A DNA stretch of 64,000 nt from Squalus acanthias (Eukaryota): NCBI GenBank assembly GCA_030390025.1, contig CM059431.1, forward strand, positions 115,012,001 to 115,076,000, in the 5' to 3' direction. Below, in pieces: positions 37,811 through 49,796 of the stretch; within the stretch, counting starts at the first letter, position 1; the number at the start of each line of letters is the position of its first letter. Under the pieces are notes generated by a model, which saw only the letters and a list, made by a program, of their open reading frames with translations, was not told the DNA's origin and did no database searches. Both the position numbers and the translations under genes were made by a program.

Positions 37811-38742
37811 ATGGCAGGAAATCTCGGAACCGTGTCGTGCTCCTCCTGTGCTATGTGGGAAATCAGGGACACTTCCAGTGTCCCTGACAACTATGTGTGC
37901 AGGAAGTGCGTCCAGCTGCAGCTCCTGACGGACCGCATGGTGGCACTGGAGCTGCGGATGGACTCACTCTGGAGCATCCACGATGCCGAGAACTTTGTGG
38001 ATTACTCATTTAGTGAGGTGAACACACCGCGGGTAAAGGCTAGGTCAGACAGTAAATGGGTGACCAAGAGGCAGGGCAATATCAGGAAGGTAGTGCGGTC
38101 GTCTCCCTCCAAAACAGATATACCGTTTTGGATACTGTTGGGGGAAATGACCTACCAGGGGAAGGCACCAGCAGCCAGGTTCATGGCACCATGGCTGGCT
38201 CTGCTGCACAGCAGGGCGGGAAAAAGAGTGGTAGAGCTGTAGTGATAGGGGACGCAATTGTAAGGGGAATAGACAGGAGTTTCTGTGGCCGCAACCGAGA
38301 TTCCAGGATGGTATGTTGCCTCCCTGGTGCAAGGGTCAAGGATGTCTCGGAGCGGCTGCAGAACATTCTGGAAAGGGAGGGTGAAGAGCCAGCTGTCATG
38401 GTGCATGTAGGTACCAACGATATAGGTAAAAAGCGGGAAGAGGTCCTACAAGCAGAATTTAGGGAGCTAGGAGCTAAGTTGAAAAGTAGGACCTCAAAGG
38501 TAGTAATCTCTGGGTTGCTACCAGTGCCACGTGCTAATCAGAGTAGCATGAACCGGATAGCGAGATTAAATACGTGGCTTGAGCAGTGGTGCAGGAGGGA
38601 GGGATTCAAATACCTGAGGCATTGGAACCAGTTCTGGGGGAAGTGGGACCTGTACAAAAGGGACGGTCTGCACTTGGGCAGGACTGGAACCGATGTCCTC
38701 GGGGTAATATTTGCTAAGGCAGTTCGGGAGGATTTAAACTAA
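37811..38742 (+). pseudogene. CR1 ORF1: CxxC..CxxC zinc finger/coiled coil plus SGNH esterase; one frameshift near 38095
   Basis: CSSCAMW..CRKC..LELRMDSL in one frame. LQNRYTVL..VVIGDAIVRG..CLPGA..VHVGTND..DGLH..DLN* in the next (SGNH blocks; catalytic GDS reads GDA). Confidence 0.9.
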
Positions 38743-41725
38743 TATGGCAGGGGAATGGGAACCTATGTAGCGAAACAGGGGGAAGTAATATGCAGTCAGA
38801 AACAAATGTTAGAAGGGTGAGAAACAATAAGGGAAATCCGAGTAAACAAAGGCAAGAAACACAAAGGGCCATACTAAATCATAAGTCTAAAAGGACAAAG
38901 GGTGTTAATAAAACAAGCCTAAAGGCTCTGTGTCTTAATGCAAGGAGTATCCGTAATAAGGTGGATGAATTGACTGTGCAAATTGATGTTAACGGATATG
39001 ATGTGATTGGGATTACAGAGACGTGGCTCCAGAACAATCAAGGCTGGGAACTGAATATCCAGGGGTATTCAACATTCAGGAAGGATAGAATAAAAGGAAA
39101 AGGGGGTGGGGTAGCATTGCTGGTTAAAAAGGAGATTAATGCAATAGCTAGGAAGGACATTAGCTTGGAGGATGTGGAATCAATATGGGTTGAGCTGCAG
39201 AACACCAAAGGGCAGAAAACATTAGTGGGGGTTGTGTACAGACCTCCAAACAGTAGTAGTGAGGTGGGGGAGGGTATGAAACAGCAAATCAGAGGTGCAT
39301 GCAAAAAAGGCGCAGCAGTTATCATGGGTGACTTTAATATGCATATAGATTGGGCTACTCAAACTGGAAGCAATACGGTGGAGGAGGATTTCCTGGAGTG
39401 TTTAAGGGATGGTTTCCTAAACCAATATGTTGAGGAACCAACTAGAGGGGAGGCCATCCTGGACTGGGTGTTGTGTAATGAGGAAGGACTAATCAGCAAT
39501 CTTGTGGTGCGAGGCCCTTGGGGAAGAGTGACCATAGTATGGTGGAGTTCTACATTAGGATGGAGAAGGAAACAGTTAATTCAGAGACCATGGTCCAGAA
39601 CTTAAATAAGGGCAACTTTGAGGGTATGAGGCGTGAATTGGCGAGGTTAGATTGGCAAGCGATATTTAAGGGGTTATCAGTGGAAGGGCAATGGCAGACA
39701 TTTAGAGATCGCATGGATGAACTACAGCAATTGTACATCCCTGTCTGGCGTAAAAATAAAAAAGGGAAGGTGGCTCAACCATGGCTAACAAGGGAAATCA
39801 GGGATAGTATTAAAAGCAAGGAAGTGGCATACAAATTGGCCAGAAGTAGCAGCAAACCCGGGGACTGGGAGAACTTTAAAACTCAGCAGAGGAGGACGAA
39901 GGGTTTGATTAGGGCAGGGAAAATAAAATATGAAAGGAAGCTTGTGGAGAACATTAAAACGGACTGCAAAAGCTTCTATAAATATGTAAAAAGAAAGAGG
40001 TTAGTAAAAACAAACGTAGGTCCCCTGCAGTCAGAAACAGGGGAAGTCATAATGGGGAACAAAGAAATGGCAGATCAATTGAACAAGTACTTTGGTTCGG
40101 TGTTTACTGTGGAGGACACAAACAACCTTCCGGAAATAAAAGAGATCAAAGGATCTGGTAAGAGGGAGGAGCTGAGGGAAATCCTTATCAGTCGGGAAAA
40201 GGTGTTGGGGAAATTGATGGGACTGAAGGCTGATAAATCCCCAGGGCCTGATGGTCTGCATCCCAGAGTACTTAAGGAGGTGGCCTTGGAAATAGTGGAT
40301 GCATTGACGATCATTTTCCAACATTCCTTAGACTCTGGATCAGTTCCGAAGGAGTGGAGGGTGGCTAATGTAACCCCTCTTTTTAAAAAAGGAGGGAGGG
40401 AGAAAGCAGGGAATTATAGACCGGTCAGCCTGACATCGGTGGTGGGTAAAATGATGGAATCAATTATTAAAGATGTCATAACAGACCATTTGGAAAGTGG
40501 CGACATGATAGGTCCAAGTCAGCATGGATTTGTGATAGGGAAATCATGCTTGACAAATCTTCTGGAATTTTTTGAGGATGTTTCCAATAGGGTGGACAGG
40601 GGGGAACCAGTAGATGTGGTGTATTTGGACTTTCAGAAGGCCTTCGACAAGGTCCCACACAAGAGATTGGTGTGCAAAGTTAAAGCACATGGGATTGGGG
40701 GTAATGTGTTGACGTGGATTGAGAACTGGTTGGCACACAGGAAACAAAGAGTAGGAGTAAATGGGTACTTTTCAGAATGGCAGGCAGTGACCAGCAGGGT
40801 ACCGCAGGGTTCGGTGCTGGGGCCCCAGCTGTTTACATTATATATTAATGATTTGGACGAAGGGATTAATTGTAATATCTCCAAATTTGCGGATGACACT
40901 AAATTGGGAGGCAGTGTGAACAAGGAGGAGGATGCTAGGAGGCTACAGAGTGACTTGGACAGGTTGGGTGAATGGGCAAATGTATGGCAGATGAAGTACA
41001 ATGTGGATAAATGTGAGGTTATCCAATTTGGTGGTAAAAATAGGGAGGCAGACTATTACTTGAATGGTGGCAGATTAGGGAAAGGGGAGGTGCAACGAGA
41101 CCTGGGCGTCATGGTACATCAGTCACTGAAGGTGGGAAGGCAAGTGCAGCAGGCAGTCAAGAAAGCAAATGGCATGATGGCCTTCATAGCAAGGGGATTT
41201 GAGTACAGGAGTAGGGAGGTGATGCTACAGTTGTACAGGGCCTTGGTGAGGCCACACCTGGAGTATTGTGTGCAGTTTTGGTCTCCTAACTTGAGGAAGG
41301 ACATTCTTGCTATTGAGGGAGTGCAACGAAGGTTCACTAGATTGATTCCTGGGATGGCCAGACTGACATATCAAGAAAGACTGGATCAACTGAACTTGTA
41401 TCCTCTGGAGTTCAGAAGAATGAGGGGGGATCTTATAGAGACGTTTAAAATCCTGACTGGTTTAGACAAATTAGATGCGGGCAGAATGTTTCCAATGTTA
41501 GGGAAAACTAAAACCAGGGGTCACAGTCTAAGGATAAAGGGGAAGCCATTTAAGACTGAGATGAGGAGGAACTTCTTCACCCAGAGAGTGGTGAATCTGT
41601 GGAATTCTCTACCACAGAAGGTTGTTGAGGCCAGTTCGCTAAATATATTCAAAAGGGAGTTAGATATAATACTCACAACTAGGGGGATCAAGGGGTATGG
41701 CGAGAAAGCAGGAATGGGGTACTGA
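38733..41725 (+). pseudogene. CR1 ORF2: APE endonuclease plus reverse transcriptase; single 1-nt frameshift near 39515
   Basis: NARSIRNK, ITETWL, YRPP, GDFN, LD, SDH (APE). SPGPDG, NYRPVSLTS, QHGF, YLDFQKAFDKV, PQGSVLGP, KFADD (RT). The frame is open from 38718; first ATG at 38790. Confidence 0.95.
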
Positions 41726-43798
41726 GGTAGCATGTTCAGCCATGAACGCATTGAATGGCGGTGCAGGCTCGAAGGACCGAATGGTCTACTCCTGCACCTA
41801 TTTTCTATGTTTCTATGTTTCTATGTCTTGGATGGTGTCGAGCTTCTTGAGTGTTGTTGGAGCTGCACTCATCCAGGCAAGTGGAGAGTATTCCATCACA
41901 CTCCTTACTTGTGTCTTGTAGATGGTGGAAAGGCTTTGGGGAGTCAGGAGGTGAGACACTCGCCGCAGAATACCAGACTCTGACCTGTTCTTGTTGCCAC
42001 AGTATTTATGTGGCTGGTCCAGTTAAGTTTCTGTTCAATGGTAACCCCGAGGATATTGATGGTGAGGGATTCGGCGATGGTAATGCCATTGAATGTCAAG
42101 GGGCGGTGCTTCGACTCTCGCTTGTTGGAGATAGTCATTACCTGGCACTTGTGTGGCACGAATGTTACCTGCCACTTATCAACCCAAGCCTGAATGTCGG
42201 CCAGGTCTTTCTGCATGCTGGCATGGACTGCTTCATTATCTGAGGAGTTGCAAATGGCACTGAACACTGTGCAGTCATCGGCGAACATCCCCACTTCTGA
42301 CCTTATGATGGAGGGAAGGTCATTGAAGAAGCAGCTGAAGATGGTTGGGCCTAGGACACTGCCCTGAGGAACTCCTGCAGTGATGTCCTGGGGCTGTGAT
42401 GATTGACTTCAGTTTTACTAGAGCTCCTTGATGCCACACATGGTCAAATGCTGCCTTGATGTCAAGGGCAATCACTGTCACCTCACCTCTGGAATTCAGC
42501 TCTTTTGTCCGTGTTTGGACCAAGGCTGTAATGAGGTCTGGAGCCAAGTGGTCCTGGGGGAATCCAAACTGGGCATCATTGAGCAGGTTATTGGTGAGTA
42601 AGTGCTGCTTGATAGCGTTGTCAATGACACCTTCCATCACTTTGCTGATGATTGAGAGTAGACTGATGGGGCGGTAATTGACCGGATTGAATTTGTCCTG
42701 CTTTTTGTGGACAGGACAGACCTTGGCAGTTTTCCACATTGTCGGATAGATGCCAGTGTTGTAGCTGTACTGGTACAGCTTGGCTAGAGGAGTGGCTAGT
42801 TCTGGAGCACAAGTTTTCAGCACGACAGCCGGGATGTTGTCAGGGCCCATAGCCTTTGCTGTATCCAGTGCGCTCAGCCGTTTCTTGATATCACATGGTG
42901 TGAATCGAATTGGCTGAAGACTGGCTTCTGTGATGGTGGGGACCGCAGGAGGGGGCCAAGATGGATCATCCACTCGGCACTTCTGGCTGAAGGTTGGTTG
43001 CAAATGCTTCAGCCTTGTCTTTTGCACTGACGTGCTGGGCTCCGCCATCATTGAGGATGGGGATATTCATGGATATCCTCCTCCCGTTAGTTGTTTAATG
43101 GTCCACCACCATTCATGACTGGATGTGGCAGGACTGATCTCGGACAATGGGCTGTGCATCCAGATACCTGGTGGTATGCATCTACATCCTGGTAATTACA
43201 AGTGGGATGCTAAATGCATCTGTTTCTCTGTTGATTCAACGGGAAAACACACTGGGTCATAGTTGGAGCCATCAGATTAAAAAATATTTAAATCAATATC
43301 GAGATTGCAAGATGAGTGACTGTTTAGTGTATTTGAACCTGAACTTGTTATCTTCTTCATTTTGTTAAACTTTCCAAAATTAAGATTCACGACCAACTCC
43401 TGATGTACTGAAATTTTTCTTCACTATCAAAAGTTTACATCAATACAAAGAATACCAACAAAGAACTCCCAAGAAGAATCCCTGCAGTGCGCATGTCCGA
43501 TAGTTCTTTTTGAGGGGGTGGGGTGTTTGCTTGTTGCATTAATCTGACTTTTTTGTACTGTAGTGTAAATTTTTTGGCCAATATCTTCCGCTCTCTGTCG
43601 GTCTGGGTGGGGGTCAGGAGCGGAAAATGTGGTGGGCCAGCAGTTCCCCAGCATCCTCGGTCCCTTCAGTGATTTTCTGCTAGAAGTGATCGTGGACATC
43701 GAATATTTGGGCAGGCACATTCAAATGGAAGGATAACAGGAACGCATCATCCAATATATTTCCTGTCATTGCACGCCAGGAATGCTGCTGCACTCATT

Positions 43799-44510
43799 GG
43801 CCAGAATTTTCTGCAGGTAGGCGGGTTGGGCGAGAAACCCTGGAAGCCAGGTTTCCCACAGGCCCTGCCGACTTTAAGGGCAGGGCCTGATTTGCATGTG
43901 AGGCATCGGTTTCCCACCCGAAGCCAGTCAGATTGAGCGGCTGGCTGGCTGCGGGCGGGTAGGCCTGCAGATGCAGAGAGGGAGCGAGGGGTTGGTCCGG
44001 GGAGGGATCACGGGAGGCTCGGTCGGGGATTGCGGGGGCGGGGGGGATCAGGTGTCGCGGGGACGGTCAGGGATTGGCGGGGTGGGGGGTGGGAGGCCTC
44101 ATGGTGGGGATCGGAGGCCTGGGGAGGCAATCGGAGAGCTCATGGTGGGGTCTCTGATCGCGGGGGGTTGGTTAGACAGGGACCCTGGATCCAGCAGGTA
44201 GATATAAAGCCACTTACCTCCTGGATACAACAGTCCCCGCCTCAGTTTAACTGCCAAATTGCGTGAAACCCGTCCATATGCAGTTAAATTCAAAATGGAG
44301 GTGAAAAAAGAGGCTTGCAGCCTCATTATAATATTTAAATTGATATTCCGCCCCCTGGAAGCGGGTTGGTTGCCCGCACCCCCATCCCGCCTCCGTTAAA
44401 ACCGGAAGTGGGCGGGTTGGACGTGGGATCAGGTCGGGAATCCCATTTTTAACACCTTACCTGCCCCCAAGTTCCAAGCCCACCCGTTTGTTTTAGGGGA
44501 AAATATGTCC
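43799..44510. mobile_element. Harbinger-like MITE
   Basis: GGCCAGAATTTTC...GGAAAATATGTCC termini. GC-rich cccgcc subterminal motifs and a G-rich core. Confidence 0.6.
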
Positions 44511-44621
44511 AGCATTGCCAAGGTGGTCCAGGTAAGGATGTGGGGGGTAATTTAAAAATAAAAGGATTGCCGTGCTTCATGCAATCAGTCACAAAGGCCT
44601 GCTTTTATCTACAATTGCCTT

Positions 44622-44741
44622 CATAGGAACAGGAGTAGACCATTTCGCACCTTGAGCCTGTTCTACCATTCAATGAGATCATGGCTGATCTGTAACCTAA
44701 CTCCATGTATCCACCTTTGCCCCATATCCCTTAATACCTTG
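44622..44741 (-). mobile_element. CR1 3' tail fragment
   Basis: cataggaacaggagtagaccatt..gagcctgttc..cattcaatgagatcatggctgatctg, same type as 19093-19220. Confidence 0.8.
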
Positions 44742-45279
44742 GGTTCTCCCCGCCCCCCTCCCACCCCCCCACCGCCCCGTCCCCAACTCTTTCCATGCCA
44801 GGTGATCTGGTGCCAGCCAAAATAGCGTTGGGATCAAGAGCAGAAACGCTGCCTAATTTTCCTTCCCAAACCCAGCGGGCACTAAGTGTAATTGTAGAGT
44901 CCCTTTCTGAGATCAGCTAACTCAACACAGATTGGGGATCAAATCTGGGACTGTTCTGCTCTGCATGGCTCATATAATTATTAGATACATTTTCTGAGCC
45001 ATCGAGGAAACACGAAGTACAAGATTTAAAAAAAATTGAAAATACATTAATTTTTTTTTTACCAGATGTTGAAAAGTTCGATGCTTCATGAAGCCAAATC
45101 TGAAGCTCATTACCCAACATTGCATAAACCTTTATTTAGTTCCCTTCTACGCTTCTTTATTAACATCAATCTCTCTCATCCAAACCTTCACGTCGTAATC
45201 ATGATGGCTTGCTTTCAGTTTTTCACAGTCGCTCATTTATTTTATTTTCTGGTATTTCTTTCCGAGTTTTGGTCACTAT

Positions 45280-46172
45280 GGGGGAAAAATTCAGTATCGC
45301 CCCGTTTGGGGCGCAATTATCGGCTGGACGCAAAGATTAGCGCCTGCTGCTAATTATCGCCTCTGAGTGCAAACTTGACTTTTATCGACCCTGGAGGTGA
45401 TTGGAGCGCTAAATCAGGCGCTACACACCTGTGTTAAGGCGCAAAGGCCGAGGAACGAGGCGCTAACTCAGAGCGCTGGTGAAACTCATGTGATGTCAGT
45501 CAGCAATGGAACACAGACACAATGGCCCCGGCCAGTTCTTAAAGGGGAGCGTTGATCTTGCTTTCCATCCACATCCTGCTCATTGCAGCCTTGAATCTCA
45601 GCCTGGAGAGACCTGCACGTCAAATCTGCTGGAAAGAACAATGGAGAGGCCCAGGGAAAGAGCTCAGAGTGCAGCCCCCATAGTCTCTTCTAAATCGATA
45701 CAAGGAAGGGCAAATCAAAATGAACCTGCAAAGTGCTGCTCAGTACCCAAAACTCCTTCACACAGCGTTGAATCGCTCCAGAAGTCTCTCTCTCTCTCTC
45801 TCAGAATGCGTGGTTCAAAAATGTCACCAACAAAAAAAGGCAGGAAGCGGTCGCCTTTAAATAGCACTCCTCCAGTCCCTTCCTGACTGCAAGACGCTCC
45901 CCTCAACCTGTCGTTGCTAGCGGCAGGCGGTAAGGCAGGGAGCGCCACTCAATATCCGCTCTGGGGCGCTACCGGGGCGTTGCGCACTCGACTGATGTCA
46001 CGATCTGCCGGCGCAGGAGATCGTGGCGGTAGTGTTTAGCGCTGCTGCAAAATGTCTAGTTAATTTCGCGAGCGGCGCAAACATCGCCGCGCCCGGGCGC
46101 TAGTTGCATTGCGCCCCATTAGTGCCCTCTTAAGGCGCTATCGGGAGGCACAACCAACTGAATTTTTCCCCC
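45280..46172. mobile_element. Harbinger/Tourist-type MITE, CpG-rich
   Basis: Perfect 16-bp TIR GGGGGAAAAATTCAGT and tat TSD on both sides. Repeated GGCGCTA motifs. Confidence 0.9.
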
Positions 46173-46233
46173 TATGTCTTTACTTTAGGGTCTTTTAGAA
46201 TACTTCCTATTTTTCCTACCCATTTACTTTACA

Positions 46234-46690
46234 GTGTCAGCTGTGGCTCAGTTGGTAGCACCCTCGCCTTGGAGTCAGAGGTTTGTGGGTTTCTAATCCC
46301 ACTCCAGAGACTTGAGCACAAAAATCTAGGCTGACACTCCAGTGCAGTGCTGAGGGAGTGCTGCACTGTCGGAGGTGCTGTCTTTCAGATGAGATGGTAA
46401 ACCGAGGCCCTGTCTGCTCTCAGGTGGATGTAAAATATCTCATGGCACTAGTTCAAAGAAGAGCAGGGGAGATATCCCTGGTGTCCTGACCAATATTTAT
46501 CCCTCAATCAACATAACAAAAACAGATTATCTGGTCATTATCACGTTGCTGTTTGTGGGAGCTTGCTGTGCGCAAATTGACTGCTGCGTTCCTACAGTGA
46601 CTACACTTCAAAAGTACTTCATTGGCTGTAAAGCGCTTTGGGATGTCCGGTAGTGATGAAAGGCACTATATAAATGCAAGTCTTTCTTTC
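46234..46690 (+). mobile_element. Full-length SacSINE1/DeuSINE-like tRNA SINE
   Basis: gtgtcagctgtggctcagttggtagc head, Deu core gtctttcagatgagatggtaaaccgaggccc, tail aaaggcactatataaatgcaagtctttttcttt. Confidence 0.92.
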
Positions 46691-46720
46691 TTTGCTTTCA
46701 ACTTTGATGTGGCTTTTGAC

Positions 46721-47001
46721 CAGTCTCAGAATAAGGGGTTGGCCATTTAGGACTGAGATGAGGAGAAATTTCTTCACTCAGAGGGTGGTGAATCTTTGGA
46801 ATTCTCTACCCCAGAGGGCTGTGGAAGCTCAGTCGTTGAGTATATTTAAGACAGAGATCGATAGATTTTTGAATATTAAGGGAATCCAGGCATATGGGGA
46901 TAATGCAGGAAAGTGGAGATGAGGTAGAAGATCAGCCATGATCTTATTGAATGACGGAGCAGGCTCGAAGGGCCAAATGGCTGACTCCTGCTCCTATTTC
47001 T
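46721..47001 (+). mobile_element. CR1 LINE 3' fragment
   Basis: SLRIRGWPFRTEMRRNFFTQRVVNLWNSLPQ plus 3' stem-loop. Confidence 0.9.
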
Positions 47002-47560
47002 TTTCTTTTGTATGTGCCATCAGATAACTATTCACAACAGCTTCAGTGGAAGCTGATGGTTATGTAAAATGCCTTTTGATCTTGGCTGACCCCCTCCTAG
47101 ACATCTTCCTTGTTCCCCTGTCCCCTTTTTTTTGTTTCTGACTTTCACCGGCCAAATCCTACAACAGGGTTTATGTCCACAGTGGCTGCCGTGCAAAAAT
47201 AAAAGCAAATGGCGGCAATGAATGGCCAGCTAGCAGCCCATTCATTGCTACTGTTGCTTGACGTTCCAACCTTTGTAGTGTTTCCAATACATTGTGTTCC
47301 ATGCACTGTAATTATGTTAGTGAACTGACCTCACATTATGGCACAAGGTCGAATTATTTGAATGCAGCACACCCGGCACCTCCAGAGTATTATTGGACAC
47401 AAGTTGTCTTGGATTGTTTTTTGGGTTTCAATATTCACAGTTGACCAAAATCAAGACCACAAACCGAATAAAACCGCCTGCTTGTCTACAATTCCCCCTG
47501 ATCAGCCATTATTCTATCTGTGATGCAATTCTTTCTGATAATACCACTTTCTGTTACAAT

Positions 47561-49315
47561 GGTCGCGATTTTACGAACCTTGGCGGGTCCGTGGCGGGCG
47601 ACGTCGGTGGCGGGTCCCGACCCCACTGATGGCTCCAGCCCGCTCTGTAGAATTAATTTACCTTGATGGGGCTTGTTAAGCCTGTCCACCGCGTTTCCTG
47701 GCCAATAAGAGGAAATGGGTCTTGTGACGTCATTTGATGGCGCGTCATCAGTCGGTTTCCTTAAAGGGACCATGCGCAAATTGATTTTTGACATTTGTGC
47801 TGTCAGTGTTCTACAGCATTGAGGTGCTGCAAACACTGACAATCACTGCACAGAGGTGCACGGCTGCACACAGGCTCTCCCATGACTCCCTCCATAGGCT
47901 TATGGAGGGAGTCACAGCACACAGGGAGGTTCTCTTCCCTTCCCATGGGCGGAAGAGACCTCCCCAGGAGATCAACACAGCCTGGTTGCACATTGCAGAG
48001 GAGGGCACAAGCAGGGGTGTGATCAGGAGGACCTGGGTGCAGTGCTGCAAACATTTCACTGATCTCAGTAGATCACAAAACGTTAGTACAAAGCCACACT
48101 CAACCTCATCCTGCTGTGCCTCTCGTCACATCCCCATCACTCTGCCTTCCCTACTCTACTCCTGCACATCTTTACTCACACCAACTTACCTTGGACCTCC
48201 ACCAATCCCTCTCTATCTACATTATCACATCCCCATCTCACTAGCCACCCCTCACTCACCCTCATTCTAATGCAATCATACCAACTAACAACACACAAGG
48301 GTAGGTGCTTGGGTGTTTTATGCAATGTTCATGTAAAGTTTCTATTAATGTGCTGTCAAACATTGAAACCTTTATTTTCAACACATGTGTTCTTGGACAG
48401 ATTTGTGTGCACCTTTGGAAGTGGCTTAGTGATTTGCAGTGAATGGTGAGACATAACGGTATCCCCCCAATGGTGATGAGTGTGAAAGGAATGGCTTGGG
48501 CATTGTAGGAATGCTTTATGGTGTTGGTGTGGGGTGGTGCCAACCTGGCGCATCATGTGGCAGCCAGGGTGTACAGCGTCAACTGAAGTAAATCTGGCCA
48601 TGGTGAGACCATCCCTGGCCTCCCGGGCAGCAATGTGGTCGGGTGCTGATGCCCTGTGTCCTGTGCAGCATCAGGTGATTGCGGAGAAGGTTGGTGTTGT
48701 TGGTGATGCTGGTGATGCTGGTGTTGGGGCTGATCGTGGTCAGATTCTGAGGACCAAGGTAAGAGAGTTTCAAGGGCACCCATGCTGATGGAACAGATGG
48801 CAGGTGAACTAGAGATGACAGAAGCGGTGTCAATGGTGGGAGAGGTAATCAGGTCAGACTGGATGGAGACTTGTGTAAAGATTTGCACCATCCTGAATCT
48901 GTAGTGGAAATGCAGTTTAGAGAAGCTAGTGGTTAAGGGAACATTTCTCAATCAACTGGGAGCTTTGACTTGACATTTGAAGCTGTCAACTCATCAGCTG
49001 ATTTAATGGCCACTGACCTCCTGCCTCAGCTTCACAGACGAGGTCCAGGCACAGCGGGAAACTGGTGGGTGATCTGTCAAATCCAAAAAGCTGGGAAATA
49101 AAACATTGATTAGTGGCTATAAACAAGCCACTAATGATTTTAATTGCCTCCCCCGCCGCTACCTGTTGGGTCTGCTCAACGCTGACAGACCCGACATTGG
49201 GAAAGTCCAGTGTGCGCGTTTTGACAGCGGGTTCCTGACCCGCTGTCAATCATTTTAAATTTAACAGCTGACCCGCCACCCATCCCGCCCGCTGAGCGCT
49301 GGCAAAATTCTGGCC
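47561..49315 (+). mobile_element. Non-autonomous Harbinger element (paralog of 2053-3813)
   Basis: GGTCGCGATTTT...AAAATTCTGGCC termini with flanks aat/tat. Myb/SANT exon ..RTWVQCCKHFTDL on +. Transposase C-terminus ..HIAAREARDGLTMARF on minus. Confidence 0.85.
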
Positions 49316-49436
49316 TATGTCTTATGTCACATCTCTTGGTTTAAAGAGTTTATGCCCAAGTACACCTCAGAACATAAAATTTCAGTCCTGCAGGAACCAG
49401 AAAAGGCATGAGCGCAGTGAGACCCCGTCAACAGAT

Positions 49437-49580
49437 TGTCTAGTGAGATGGAGATGTGATAATGTAGATAGAGTGGGATGAGTGGAGGTGCAAGGTAAGC
49501 TGGTGTGAGTAAGGATGTGCATGAGTAGGGTAAGGAAGGCAGGGTGATGGGGCTGTGATGAGAGGCACATGACAGCCATG
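49437..49580 (-). mobile_element. Inverted fragment of Harbinger intron-1 sequence
   Basis: Reverse complement of about 48110-48245 (catcaccctgccttccttaccctactc...tctatctacattatcacatc). Confidence 0.7.
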
Positions 49581-49796
49581 AACTAAACCAAATATACCAC
49601 AGGCATTGTGGAATCGGTGTACAACTAGAAAAATATGCACCTCTATGTAATCTCGAAGATTTAATCTTAAAAATAGCTAAATAGGTACAGAAAACTGAAA
49701 TGTTCAATCAGCTAACTCATTTACATTTATAAACTTGTGTAAATTACAGTGAAATCAAACTTCTTTTTTTGTAGCTGACCCATGCTGTAAAACATT

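Larger units (their letters stand above)
37361..41826 (+). mobile_element. Near full-length CR1 (HER1-like) LINE
   Basis: 5' UTR, ORF1, ORF2, 3' stem-loop (gcaggctcgaaggaccgaatggtctactcctgc) and (TTCTATGT)3 tail. tgt microhomology at both junctions. Confidence 0.96.
36925..43137 (-). mobile_element. 5'-truncated CR1/L2-group LINE split by the CR1 insertion (pieces 36925-37360 and 41827-43137)
   Basis: RT motifs KAMGPDNIP..NYRPISLLSIISKVMEG..QFGF..ALDIKAAFDHVWH and MFADD on minus. The sequence resumes across the insertion (gggctgctttgt|cttggatggtgtcgagc). 3' UTR matches 15468-15800. Confidence 0.9.

Noticed and set aside
46234..46310. tRNA gene
   Set aside because: It is the tRNA-derived head of a SINE that continues into the Deu core; there is no complete cloverleaf.
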